Shown: positions 17,593-25,337 of the stretch, one piece after another
Layout of the letters: the number at the start of each line of letters is the position of its first letter
Position numbering within the stretch: position 1 is the first letter of the stretch
NCBI GenBank assembly: GCA_016927245.1
Contig: JAFGNA010000010.1
Location: 9,894-73,893 of the forward strand
Length of the DNA stretch: 64,000 nucleotides
Origin: Candidatus Woesearchaeota archaeon
GTDB lineage: Archaea; Nanobdellota; Nanobdellia; Woesearchaeales; WJKR01
Direction of reading: 5' to 3'
Made by a program: the position numbers and the translations under genes
Notes under the pieces: generated by a model
What the model was told of the DNA's origin: nothing
Databases searched by the model: none
What the model saw: only the letters and a program-made list of their open reading frames with translations

Positions 17593-18435
17593 TCAGAGCG
17601 CGGCTTTCAGCTTGCGTTCTTCCTCTAGTCGCGCTAAGAGTTCTTTTGAGGTGAACGGGAGCCTGAGGTAGTGTCGGTGCTCGTTGACACTGGGCTTCAT
17701 GAATCCTGCGACGAAGATTACTTGCCAGGGCTTTGCCACGCCTTGCAGCTTGGTGTATGGTCCTGTCTTGTCGAAATTCGACTGCTTCGCCTCTCCTGCT
17801 ATCTCTCCCAGGATGATTGCGCATTCGGGGTTGGAGATGATGAACTGCTTGGCTATCTCCTCATCTGATAGGTCGTCGTTCACGTACATGAGTTGCATCC
17901 CTATCTCCTCGGCTATCGCTTCCGCCCATTTCTTGTTCGCAGGCTCGTTCAGCTTCCCCCCTACAACGAACAGTCCTCCTCTGCGTTCCTTGGGCTCCTT
18001 CTCTATCACTTCTTCCTTGAACCAGAAGTCGTATACTTCTTTCCAGTCCTTTTCCTTTCCTGTTTCGAAGCAGTTCGCCTTCTGGTAATCTTCTCTCTTG
18101 AGCTGGTCGAGCGCCCAGGCTATTGGACCGCTGTGGTGGCCGAGGTCGGTCACGAGAGAAACGGCCTCTATTCCTTTGTTGATCGCTATCAGTGCTATGA
18201 TGAGCCCGTAGGGGACTTCCTTGCCGATTTCGGGGTGGTTCATGCTGACTCCTTCCGCTTCTGCTGGTAGCATGACGTCTGTGAAGACGGCGTCGATGTC
18301 ATCATGGGTGGAGAGTTGGATTATGGCTCCTGTGTAGGAGTTCGCGAATAGGAGGTTGCAGATATTTCCGAGTTGTTCCTGTGCTCGTTTGACATTGGCT
18401 GTTTTGTCATCTACTACTAGTATTGTCTTGTGCAT
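17593..18435 (-). CDS. CheY-like receiver domain protein with second receiver-like half
   Basis: N-terminus has ILVVDD…DAVFTDVMLP (acidic pocket and phospho-acceptor Asp pattern). The C-terminal half ends …VIFVAGF…YLRLPFTSKELLARL, resembling a receiver alpha4-beta5-alpha5 (KPF->LPF). No output domain recognised. Confidence 0.55.
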   Translation of the reverse strand: MHKTILVVDDKTANVKRAQEQLGNICNLLFANSYTGAIIQLSTHDDIDAVFTDVMLPAEAEGVSMNHPEIGKEVPYGLIIALIAINKGIEAVSLVTDLGHHSGPIAWALDQLKREDYQKANCFETGKEKDWKEVYDFWFKEEVIEKEPKERRGGLFVVGGKLNEPANKKWAEAIAEEIGMQLMYVNDDLSDEEIAKQFIISNPECAIILGEIAGEAKQSNFDKTGPYTKLQGVAKPWQVIFVAGFMKPSVNEHRHYLRLPFTSKELLARLEEERKLKAAL

Positions 18436-18656
18436 GGCTGGTAAAGGTTTAAATTGTTAATAATCATTTTTTTGGCGCTCTTGGTGGTAGTCGAACCTTG
18501 GTCAAAACTTACACCTTGATGGTCTTGCCGCTTTGCCGTCGCGGTGTGCAAGAGATGTATTTGGTTCTGTGCTTCTCCTGGAGTCCCATGGATGAATGCT
18601 CAGGCAGGGATCGTTGGGATCGCTGGGGTTCAGATGGTGGGATTGAGTTCTTCTAC

Positions 18657-19064
18657 TTACATGCTTTGACGGTCGTCGCCGACGATGGTCTTTACTGACG
18701 CGGCCAACGCTTCGTCGTCGGGCATCCTCGTCGAGTTCTTGCACAAGTGGATGCCTTGGACTTCGTAGTCTTTGATCTCGGTGGCGATGGTGCTTATTAG
18801 GACTGTCCTCATGTCGGCGCTGAACCAGACGCGGTTGAGGGCCGTGATGTCTTGGGTGATGAGATTCGCGAGGCGTTTCTCCCACTTGTTGATGCCGATG
18901 AGGATGCCTGCTGGGATGAGGAGCAGGGGGGCAAAGATGCTCATGAATTCTGCGGCGCTTGGGAAGATGAGCGGGGCGATGATGAATGATACTCCTAGGA
19001 TGAGGAGGAGGGTGGCGGTGATGGTTCTGCTGAACCTTTTCTGAATGATAGCTGAGAGTTTCAT
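18657..19064 (-). CDS. membrane protein (2 TM) with soluble C-terminal domain
   Basis: TATLLLILGVSFIIAPLIF and FAPLLLIPAGILIGI. Preferred over the overlapping His/Pro/Arg-rich ORF 18502..19107. Confidence 0.5.
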   Translation of the reverse strand: MKLSAIIQKRFSRTITATLLLILGVSFIIAPLIFPSAAEFMSIFAPLLLIPAGILIGINKWEKRLANLITQDITALNRVWFSADMRTVLISTIATEIKDYEVQGIHLCKNSTRMPDDEALAASVKTIVGDDRQSM

Positions 19065-19451
19065 GATGATTTTGGTTTTTGGTTTGTAATGTTTCTGTTA
19101 GTTTCACGTGTTTTTCCGGAGCTTTTCCGAGACTTGTGGTTTTGGTGTATAGCTCTCGCTAAGAAGCGGGTGTGTTCCAGAGCGTCTCTGAGCGGGTTTT
19201 TCGCCTTTGGTGCTCGTTGACGTTTCGTGGTCTCTGGTGCGCGGCAATCAGTGTTCGTCGGGGTGGTCTCGCAGATCAGGCACGTGCCGGTGGTTGGTGT
19301 GTGGTGTTCCTGTCTGTTCTGGCGACCTTCGATGCTGTGTGCAAAAAGCGGTTATTCCTGTTTTTTTGGGAATGGTTGTTTTTGCTGCTGTGTGGTTGTC
19401 GCGTCTTGGTAGTGTTTGGTAGTTGGGTGTGTCGTCGGAAGAAGCACAACT

Positions 19452-19467
19452 AATATATAAATCTTTC
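19452..19467 (-). promoter_or_regulatory. BRE/TATA promoter (minus: GAAAGATTTATATATT), identical 16-mer to 22087-22102
   Basis: Consensus archaeal TTTATATA with a purine-rich BRE, 10 nt downstream of the ATPase stop. It is followed on the minus strand by a ~385-nt C/A-rich tract leading to the ATG at 19064. Confidence 0.5.
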
Positions 19468-19476
19468 GAAAATTTA

Positions 19477-21516
19477 TCACTCTTTAGTGGTTAAAATTTT
19501 GTCGAGTTGGTCGGAGCGGTGGGTGATGACATGCTTAGACCAGCCCTTCGGCGACCGGGACTCCTCGATAGAGATGACGCCCCCGTCCTCCAAGGACCGC
19601 TTGACCTCGTTGCCCTTGCGCGGCGACAGCGAGGCCTCCTTGTACAGAGCGGACACCGACAGCTCCGGATGGGCGCGGGCGGCGACCAGGAACGAGACCT
19701 CATCCCGGGAGAGCGAGAGCTCTGCAGGCGCTCCTGCTTTTGCAGACGCCTTCCTCAAGAGCTTGACATCCAATCCCTTGCGCTCGAGGTAGCGGAACAC
19801 GTGCAGCACGTCCACCCGGTTGTACCCCGCAGCGAGGAACCATTGCTTCAGGTCCTGCGCAGACTCGCCGTCCAGCAGGCGCTTCTTCGCGTCCTCAAGA
19901 ATCTTCTGCTGGAGGTGGTTGCGGATGCCGATACCCCCCTTGCCGTCCTTGCGCGACTGCTGGTGCGCGTCCTGCGCCGCCTGCGCCGCTTTGCGCGCCT
20001 CGTCGAACGCGACGTGCTCTCTCAGGACGTCCCGGTCCGGCTTGGTCCCGCTCTTGATGAACACGTATTCCAGGTCGTCCAGCTTCCTGGCCAATTCCTC
20101 CTCGCGCACGCTCTTCGCGAACACCTCCTTGCGCTTCTCCTGCTTGAGCAGGGAGCGCATGCGCTCGCGCAGCTCGGGCTCGTCGATGGCGTGCGCCTTG
20201 AGCCTGACGAGGGGCGCCTTGATTATGAAAGGGTCATGATGACGCTCGACGAGGCGCACGATGCCAACGCCGACGGGGAGCTTGGTGAAGAAGGCCTTGT
20301 GGTCTTGGAGCTGCATGAGACGGGAGATGGCCTCGATGTCAGCAGGGAGCATCTGCTGGAACGCGATGTTCGTCGCGGCGTTGCCGGACACCACATCTGA
20401 CAGCTTGCTCACGTGCTGGTCCAGGGCGATGAGGGAGATGCCGTACTCCCTTATCTCGCGGAAGATGACGTCAGCAACGCTCTCCGAGATGAACGTGGGG
20501 CGCTCCTTGAGGAAGATGTTGTGCGCCTCGTCCACGAGGATGGCGTACTTGAACTCCTCCGTCGCGTTGACATTGCCTGCCTTGGCGTACTTGTAGATGT
20601 AGGAGAGCACGAACTGGGTGAAGAACCGTTTCTCGGTGTTGGAGAGCGATGCCAGTTCCATGACGACCTCCTTGTCAAAGAGCTCCTCGATGCTGTTGCC
20701 TTCAGGCCCCTTGTAGCACAGGGCCTTGCCGAAGTTGCCGAAGGTGAGGGCGTACGCGATCCTCAGCGATGATTCGAGCCATTCGCCTTCCCTGCTCCTC
20801 CCTGCTGATTGCGCCTTGGTCTCCAACCTGTCCGTGACCTGGTACCATGTCGGATAGTTCCCGGAACCGGCGTACACGCCGAAGTCGGTGAACGCCTGGT
20901 CCATGGTCTGGACGAGCATCTTGTGCACGCCGAAGCTGGCGCTGTAGCTTTCTGTGATGATATCTGCGAGGAGGTTGATCCATTCCTTTGGGTCCACTCC
21001 TCGCGGCGGCTTGCAGATGTTGAGCTTGAAGTTGGCGACGTTGTCGTTGCCGACGGTGTAGATGCGTAGCTTGTCATTGAGCTTGATGAGTGGCCTGAAG
21101 GATTTCTTCCAGTCAAAGACGAGGAATGGTTTCTTGTTGAAGATGAAGTTGCCGAGTATCTGGAACGCGAACGTGGTCTTGCCCGAGCCGCTCATGCCCG
21201 TGACGCAGACGTGTCGTATCCAGTCCCGCTCGCGCAGGCTGAACGGGTAGAGCTCTTTCTTGCCGTATATGACCGTGCCGAGGGGGTAGGGTCCCTTGAT
21301 GGCTTCTTTCTTTGGCGGCTCGAGGAGGAGTTCCTCGTTGAGGAGGCTCTCGGTGAGGTGTTTTTGGTAGAGCGCTTGGAGCGCTTGCTCTATCTCTGCC
21401 TTGCTTTGCCGGTCGCTGGTCATAACATATTTGAGGTAGAGGTGGTCTATCTTCTTGCCGAAGATGGGCCTGAGCCGCTTGCAGATATCCTCTACCGTCA
21501 TGGTCTTGCTGTACAT
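19477..21516 (-). CDS. HerA/VirB4/FtsK-superfamily P-loop ATPase (DUF87-like) with C-terminal winged-helix
   Basis: Walker A VTGMSGSGKT and Walker B YAILVDEAHNIF. FLVFDWKKSF matches the DPKGE-like strand and LIALDQHVSKL matches the Q/R-finger strand of HerA/VirB4/T4CP ATPases. The last ~70 aa look like a MarR-like wHTH. Confidence 0.8.
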   Translation of the reverse strand: MYSKTMTVEDICKRLRPIFGKKIDHLYLKYVMTSDRQSKAEIEQALQALYQKHLTESLLNEELLLEPPKKEAIKGPYPLGTVIYGKKELYPFSLRERDWIRHVCVTGMSGSGKTTFAFQILGNFIFNKKPFLVFDWKKSFRPLIKLNDKLRIYTVGNDNVANFKLNICKPPRGVDPKEWINLLADIITESYSASFGVHKMLVQTMDQAFTDFGVYAGSGNYPTWYQVTDRLETKAQSAGRSREGEWLESSLRIAYALTFGNFGKALCYKGPEGNSIEELFDKEVVMELASLSNTEKRFFTQFVLSYIYKYAKAGNVNATEEFKYAILVDEAHNIFLKERPTFISESVADVIFREIREYGISLIALDQHVSKLSDVVSGNAATNIAFQQMLPADIEAISRLMQLQDHKAFFTKLPVGVGIVRLVERHHDPFIIKAPLVRLKAHAIDEPELRERMRSLLKQEKRKEVFAKSVREEELARKLDDLEYVFIKSGTKPDRDVLREHVAFDEARKAAQAAQDAHQQSRKDGKGGIGIRNHLQQKILEDAKKRLLDGESAQDLKQWFLAAGYNRVDVLHVFRYLERKGLDVKLLRKASAKAGAPAELSLSRDEVSFLVAARAHPELSVSALYKEASLSPRKGNEVKRSLEDGGVISIEESRSPKGWSKHVITHRSDQLDKILTTKE

Positions 21517-21518
21517 GG

Positions 21519-21995
21519 TCAGTCACGCAGGAGGTGCTCTATCATGCCCGCGCTGTGTTCTTGTTCGCGGTACTCGTGCATCCGGTCGCGTAGCTCTTTC
21601 TTGAGGGCGGCGATGTCTCGGAACGCGTTGATCTTCTCGTTGAGCTTGAAGGCCTCGATGTCGAGGAGCTTCTCGCGCAGCTCTGCTTGTTTCACGGTGT
21701 CTATCTTGTCTCCGGCCGCGGCGAGGAAGTTGTTCATTTGCATCATGATCTTGTCGATGTCCCCGAAGACCTCTTGCTGGAGGGATTGCCGTTCCGCGAT
21801 GAGGATCTCGATGTCCTCGATGACCTCTTTGATGTTCATGATCTTGGCGCCTTGGAGGTCTTGGAGGAGGTCGTCCATGCTGGTGTTGGTGTAGTTGTCC
21901 TTGATGTCCTTGATGGTGGGCGTGAGGGTGTAGTCTGGTTTGGGGTCTTCGTTGCGGAGGAAGCCGTCGAGGAGTTCGTGGTCGATGGTGGCCAT
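21519..21995 (-). CDS. coiled-coil hypothetical protein, translationally coupled to the ATPase
   Basis: 158-aa heptad-rich ORF. Its stop at 21519-21521 lies 2 nt before the ATPase ATG at 21516. Confidence 0.6.
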   Translation of the reverse strand: MATIDHELLDGFLRNEDPKPDYTLTPTIKDIKDNYTNTSMDDLLQDLQGAKIMNIKEVIEDIEILIAERQSLQQEVFGDIDKIMMQMNNFLAAAGDKIDTVKQAELREKLLDIEAFKLNEKINAFRDIAALKKELRDRMHEYREQEHSAGMIEHLLRD

Positions 21996-22086
21996 GGGTG
22001 CGCGCCTCTTTTTTCTTGTTTTTCAGATGGAAAACCCTGGAAAACCAAGGGAAAGCTGTTTAGTATCTACGAGTGGTGGTTAAGAG

Positions 22087-22102
22087 AATATATAAATCTT
22101 TC
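22087..22102 (-). promoter_or_regulatory. BRE/TATA promoter (minus: GAAAGATTTATATATT)
   Basis: Same 16-mer as 19452-19467. It lies ~95 nt upstream of the ATG at 21995, and the leader contains the tandem repeat TGGAAAACC x2 (22028-22046). Confidence 0.5.
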
Positions 22103-22131
22103 TATTTTTGACACGGGATGGTGACGAAAAA

Positions 22132-23142
22132 CTACTTGGAGAGCGCGAAGTCGACGCAGAAGCGGCACACGCGCGGCGCCTGCTGCCCGCACCGCACCGT
22201 GCCGAGCACCTTGCAAGGCCGCCCCGACCGCTGGCAGGCGTCCCTAATCCAGCCGTGCGCCTCCCCAGACGCATCCTCAGGGAGGAACGCGTAGAAGTGG
22301 ATGGTCGCGCCGTCGTTCGCCGCTGCCAACGCGACGTCGAGGAAGGTCTCCGCTGCCTTGGGCAATGGCATGACGACCCGGTCGAACGCGCCCAGGCAGG
22401 GCACGACCTCCCGGACGTCACCGCAATACGCAGTCGCGTTCAGGAGCTTGTTGCGGGCGATGTTCTGCAAGGCCAGCTCGTGGCCGCGAGGGTTGATCTC
22501 CACGCCTACCACCTCCCGCGCCGCGGTGTTCTTGGCCAGGACGCACGTGTACGGCCCGCAGCCGCTGAACATGACGAGGACGCGCTCCCCTGGCTGCACG
22601 AGGCCGGCGATGCGCTTCCGCTCGGTGGAGAGCCTGGTGGAGAAGTACACCTCCTCGACATCCACCGCCAGCACGACCCCGTTCTCCTTGTGCTCGGCGA
22701 GCCGCGTGTCCTCGCCCGCGAGGAGGCGCATCTGCTGGGTTCGGAACGTTCCTTCGTGCCTTGAGTCCTTGGCCAGGACCGTCTTGGTCTTGGGGTTGGT
22801 GAGGAGGAGGGTCTTGCCTATCAGGGCGTCGTACTGCCTGTAGTCCTCGTCTATCTCGAGGATGGCGATGCTGCCGACCTGGTCGTACGCGGTCTTCAGC
22901 TTGTCGAGGGCGTCTGTCGGGAGCTTGCCTGCCAGCGCTTCCTTGAGCGTGCCGGGCTGTCCCGGCCGCTCGTCCAGGTCTCGCTCGACGAAGTCGTATG
23001 GTGCGTCGAAGCGTTCCTTGACGGGGAAGTAGAGGTGCTCGCTCTCTTTGGGGACGCCGTAGCCGGGCACGAAGAGTCCTCGTCTGATGAGGTCTTGCTT
23101 GGCTTGCTCTGCTGCTCGCAGGGGCACTTTCATGGTGAGCAT
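22132..23142 (-). CDS. trm5: tRNA (guanine37-N1)-methyltransferase Trm5/Taw22 family (Met-10+ like)
   Basis: VLVMFSGCGPYTCVLAK matches the SAM motif I D.FAG.GPF equivalent, and RVVMPLPKAAETFL matches the NLP(K) motif. Overall length and domain order are typical of aTrm5. Confidence 0.8.
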   Translation of the reverse strand: MLTMKVPLRAAEQAKQDLIRRGLFVPGYGVPKESEHLYFPVKERFDAPYDFVERDLDERPGQPGTLKEALAGKLPTDALDKLKTAYDQVGSIAILEIDEDYRQYDALIGKTLLLTNPKTKTVLAKDSRHEGTFRTQQMRLLAGEDTRLAEHKENGVVLAVDVEEVYFSTRLSTERKRIAGLVQPGERVLVMFSGCGPYTCVLAKNTAAREVVGVEINPRGHELALQNIARNKLLNATAYCGDVREVVPCLGAFDRVVMPLPKAAETFLDVALAAANDGATIHFYAFLPEDASGEAHGWIRDACQRSGRPCKVLGTVRCGQQAPRVCRFCVDFALSK

Positions 23143-23165
23143 GGCTGTGCGGGAAGGCGAGGATG

Positions 23166-23174
23166 TTTATAAGG
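23166..23174 (-). promoter_or_regulatory. TATA box for trm5 (minus CCTTATAAA)
   Basis: 24 nt upstream of the ATG at 23142, consistent with a leaderless mRNA. Confidence 0.6.
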
Positions 23175-23254
23175 GTATCTTTGATTATTTTCTATATAGC
23201 AATCATTTTGGCTAGAAACCTGTGAAACAGCAAGATACAAAAGCAGCAGCCTTT

Positions 23255-24259
23255 CTAGAGGAAGACGTTCCAGTAGTTCCTCACGTACTCCTCAGCAGTG
23301 AAGCTGACGAGGGGCGCGTATGCCTCCCTGTCGTCATCCCCCAGCCCAACCCTATCGGCCTTGCCCAGCGCGCGCAGGTAGGCGTCCCGCCGCTTCTTGG
23401 TGATGATGAGGGGTGGGTACGTGTGCCGCAGCAGGATGAGATTGGCCAGCATGCGGCCGGTGCGACCGTTGCCGTCCATGAATGGGTGGATCTTCTCGAA
23501 CTTGTGGTGGAACAGCGTTGCCGAGACCAAGGGGTGCAGCTTGCCGTCATGCTCTTCGTGCCAGCGCAGCAGCGATTCCATGTCCGTCCGGACGTACGGC
23601 CCGGGCGTGGCGTCGAAGTGCGACCGGTACACCCTGATGTCCTGCGCGCGGTACCCTACACGGCCGTCCACGCCTGCCAGGAGTCGTCGGTGCACGTCCT
23701 GTATGAGCTCGTGCGTGAGCGCGGGCTTGCCGTCGTACAGCCAGTTGAAGACTGCGCTGGTGTTCTGCACGTCGTGCACTTCCCTGAGCGTCTTGTTCTT
23801 GGGCGTGCGTTGCTCGAGGAGGAGCCTGCTCGCTTCTTGGAGGGTGATGGTGTTTCCTTCCAGCGAGGTGGTGTTGAAGCTGAACTCGATGATGAAGTTC
23901 TGGAGGATTTCGTCCTTGGTCCGCTCGTCCAGCCGGGAGAAGGCGTGTTGGAAGTGGTAGCGGCAGGCCTCGACGTCAAGGGTGGTTTCCTTGCCGAGGT
24001 AGTCATCCGTGCGTGGCTTCTCTTGCTTTGCTTGCTCTTGCGCGTAGTTTGCCTGGAGGAACCGTTCGATGGTCTTATAGCTCTTCCTGATGTCGTCGGC
24101 GTATCGTGCTGGCAAGTCTTCCAGCCGTTCCCTGATCCGTGAGGGGTCGTCTCCGAGGTAGGCGATGTCTTTTGTCTGCTGCTTGCCGTTTTTCTTGACC
24201 GATGCGCGGAGGTAGTAGTAGGACTTTCCGCCCTTGTCCTTGCGGTAGAGGTAGACCAT
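23255..24259 (-). CDS. Fic family protein (class II-type, intramolecular inhibitory motif)
   Basis: Fic motif HPFMDGNGRTGRML. The upstream TTSLEGN fits the [S/T]xxxE[G/N] inhibitory helix. TATA (ATTATTTATA) lies 22 nt upstream of the ATG. Confidence 0.9.
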   Translation of the reverse strand: MVYLYRKDKGGKSYYYLRASVKKNGKQQTKDIAYLGDDPSRIRERLEDLPARYADDIRKSYKTIERFLQANYAQEQAKQEKPRTDDYLGKETTLDVEACRYHFQHAFSRLDERTKDEILQNFIIEFSFNTTSLEGNTITLQEASRLLLEQRTPKNKTLREVHDVQNTSAVFNWLYDGKPALTHELIQDVHRRLLAGVDGRVGYRAQDIRVYRSHFDATPGPYVRTDMESLLRWHEEHDGKLHPLVSATLFHHKFEKIHPFMDGNGRTGRMLANLILLRHTYPPLIITKKRRDAYLRALGKADRVGLGDDDREAYAPLVSFTAEEYVRNYWNVFL

Positions 24260-24405
24260 AGGAGGGGTAGGTGGGAGAGGTATAAATAATTTACCCTTTT
24301 TCTGAAAATATCAGATAATAAAGGGCAAATTTACCCTTCAAAAAAATATTTTTATAAATAAAGGGTATTTTGCTGAGATGACCATATACAAAAGCAGCAG
24401 CCACC

Positions 24406-25281
24406 CTAGAGCACGACCAGCACCACGCCGACCAGCATCACCGCGCACGCCAGGAGCTTGACCCCGAGCCGACGCTCATGGAACAGCCGACCGCCGACAA
24501 GAGCAGTCATGAACGTGCTCGTCCGCTTGATAGGGATGACCAAGCCAACCAGCGCCCCGGGCATCGCCATGGCCAAGAACAAGGAGACATCCGAAAGGAG
24601 GCCTGCCATGAAAGAGAGGAATATCCGCTTCCCATCCCGCTTAAGGTCCCAGAACACCTCCTCGTAGCCGTGCTTCATCGACTCCAGGAACACATAGTTG
24701 ACGCCCATGAAGAACAGGAGGAGGACGGACAGCGACACCGGGTCGACCCCAAAGGAGATAACTGCTTTGATAAAGGCGGCGGTGAAACTGTAGATAATGA
24801 TGGCAAAGATCATGTATAAGGAGTAACGAGAGGCGGCCAAGGCCCTGAACGGCGCGAGCAGCCCTTTCCTGCCCGACGCAGAGCCACTCTGGAGGAAATA
24901 CGTCCCTGTCACGAGGAGGAGGACGCCGACGACAGAGACAGGCCCAGGCCGCTCCCCCAACAGGACGTACGCGATGATGAGGAGGAAGAGCGGGCTGAGG
25001 TTCATCAAAGGAATGCTACTGCTCAGCTCCGAGTGCCGTACGCTCTTCAAGTAGTACTGACCCCCTGCGAGGAGGAGGATGCTGAGCGCGTAGATCGCGA
25101 CGAAGGCAGTCCAATGGTAGCCGAGGTCGAGGAAAGGGAAAGCGAACACGAGGAAGAGCGCGAAGAACCCCTTGGCGGCGCCGTACTCCAGCGCGTGCTC
25201 ATGCTGCAGTACCTGCTTGTCGATGATGGACGTGGCCGCTTGCATGACCGCCGCGGCGAACGCGTAGAGGGCCCAGAGCAT
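24406..25281 (-). CDS. EamA/DMT-family transporter
   Basis: About 10 TM helices in two EamA-like halves. The track start is 25305, but the TATA box AATATTTATAA (25316-25306) abuts it and sits 25 nt upstream of the ATG at 25281 (MLWALYAF…). I therefore prefer 25281. Confidence 0.7.
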   Translation of the reverse strand: MLWALYAFAAAVMQAATSIIDKQVLQHEHALEYGAAKGFFALFLVFAFPFLDLGYHWTAFVAIYALSILLLAGGQYYLKSVRHSELSSSIPLMNLSPLFLLIIAYVLLGERPGPVSVVGVLLLVTGTYFLQSGSASGRKGLLAPFRALAASRYSLYMIFAIIIYSFTAAFIKAVISFGVDPVSLSVLLLFFMGVNYVFLESMKHGYEEVFWDLKRDGKRIFLSFMAGLLSDVSLFLAMAMPGALVGLVIPIKRTSTFMTALVGGRLFHERRLGVKLLACAVMLVGVVLVVL

Positions 25282-25305
25282 GGCAGCACCCCGGCAACAC
25301 CCCAT

Positions 25306-25316
25306 TTATAAATATT
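25306..25316 (-). promoter_or_regulatory. TATA box (minus AATATTTATAA) for the EamA gene
   Basis: Spacing of 25 nt to the ATG at 25281. Confidence 0.55.
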
Positions 25317-25337
25317 CTTTTTTTTGTTGGCGACGCG

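Noticed and set aside
18470-18560. TGGTGGTAGTCGAACC, which resembles the 3' end of a minus-strand tRNA gene
   Set aside because: The reverse complement (…CCAAGGTTCGACTACCACCA…) has no T-stem complementarity and no cloverleaf can be drawn.
18502-19107. 201-aa minus-strand ORF overlapping 18657..19064
   Set aside because: Its translation is His/Pro/Arg-rich with no hydrophobic core. The alternative frame (18657..19064) gives a sensible two-TM protein with the island's usual ATCATC-ATG start context.
3716-22102. Calling the island an integrated provirus, plasmid or transposon
   Set aside because: I found no integrase, recombinase, transposase, Rep/primase or capsid-like ORF. There are no flanking att-type repeats apart from a promoter 16-mer around the ATPase cassette. 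The only tRNA-like element is internal and non-canonical. A mobile origin remains possible but is unsupported.
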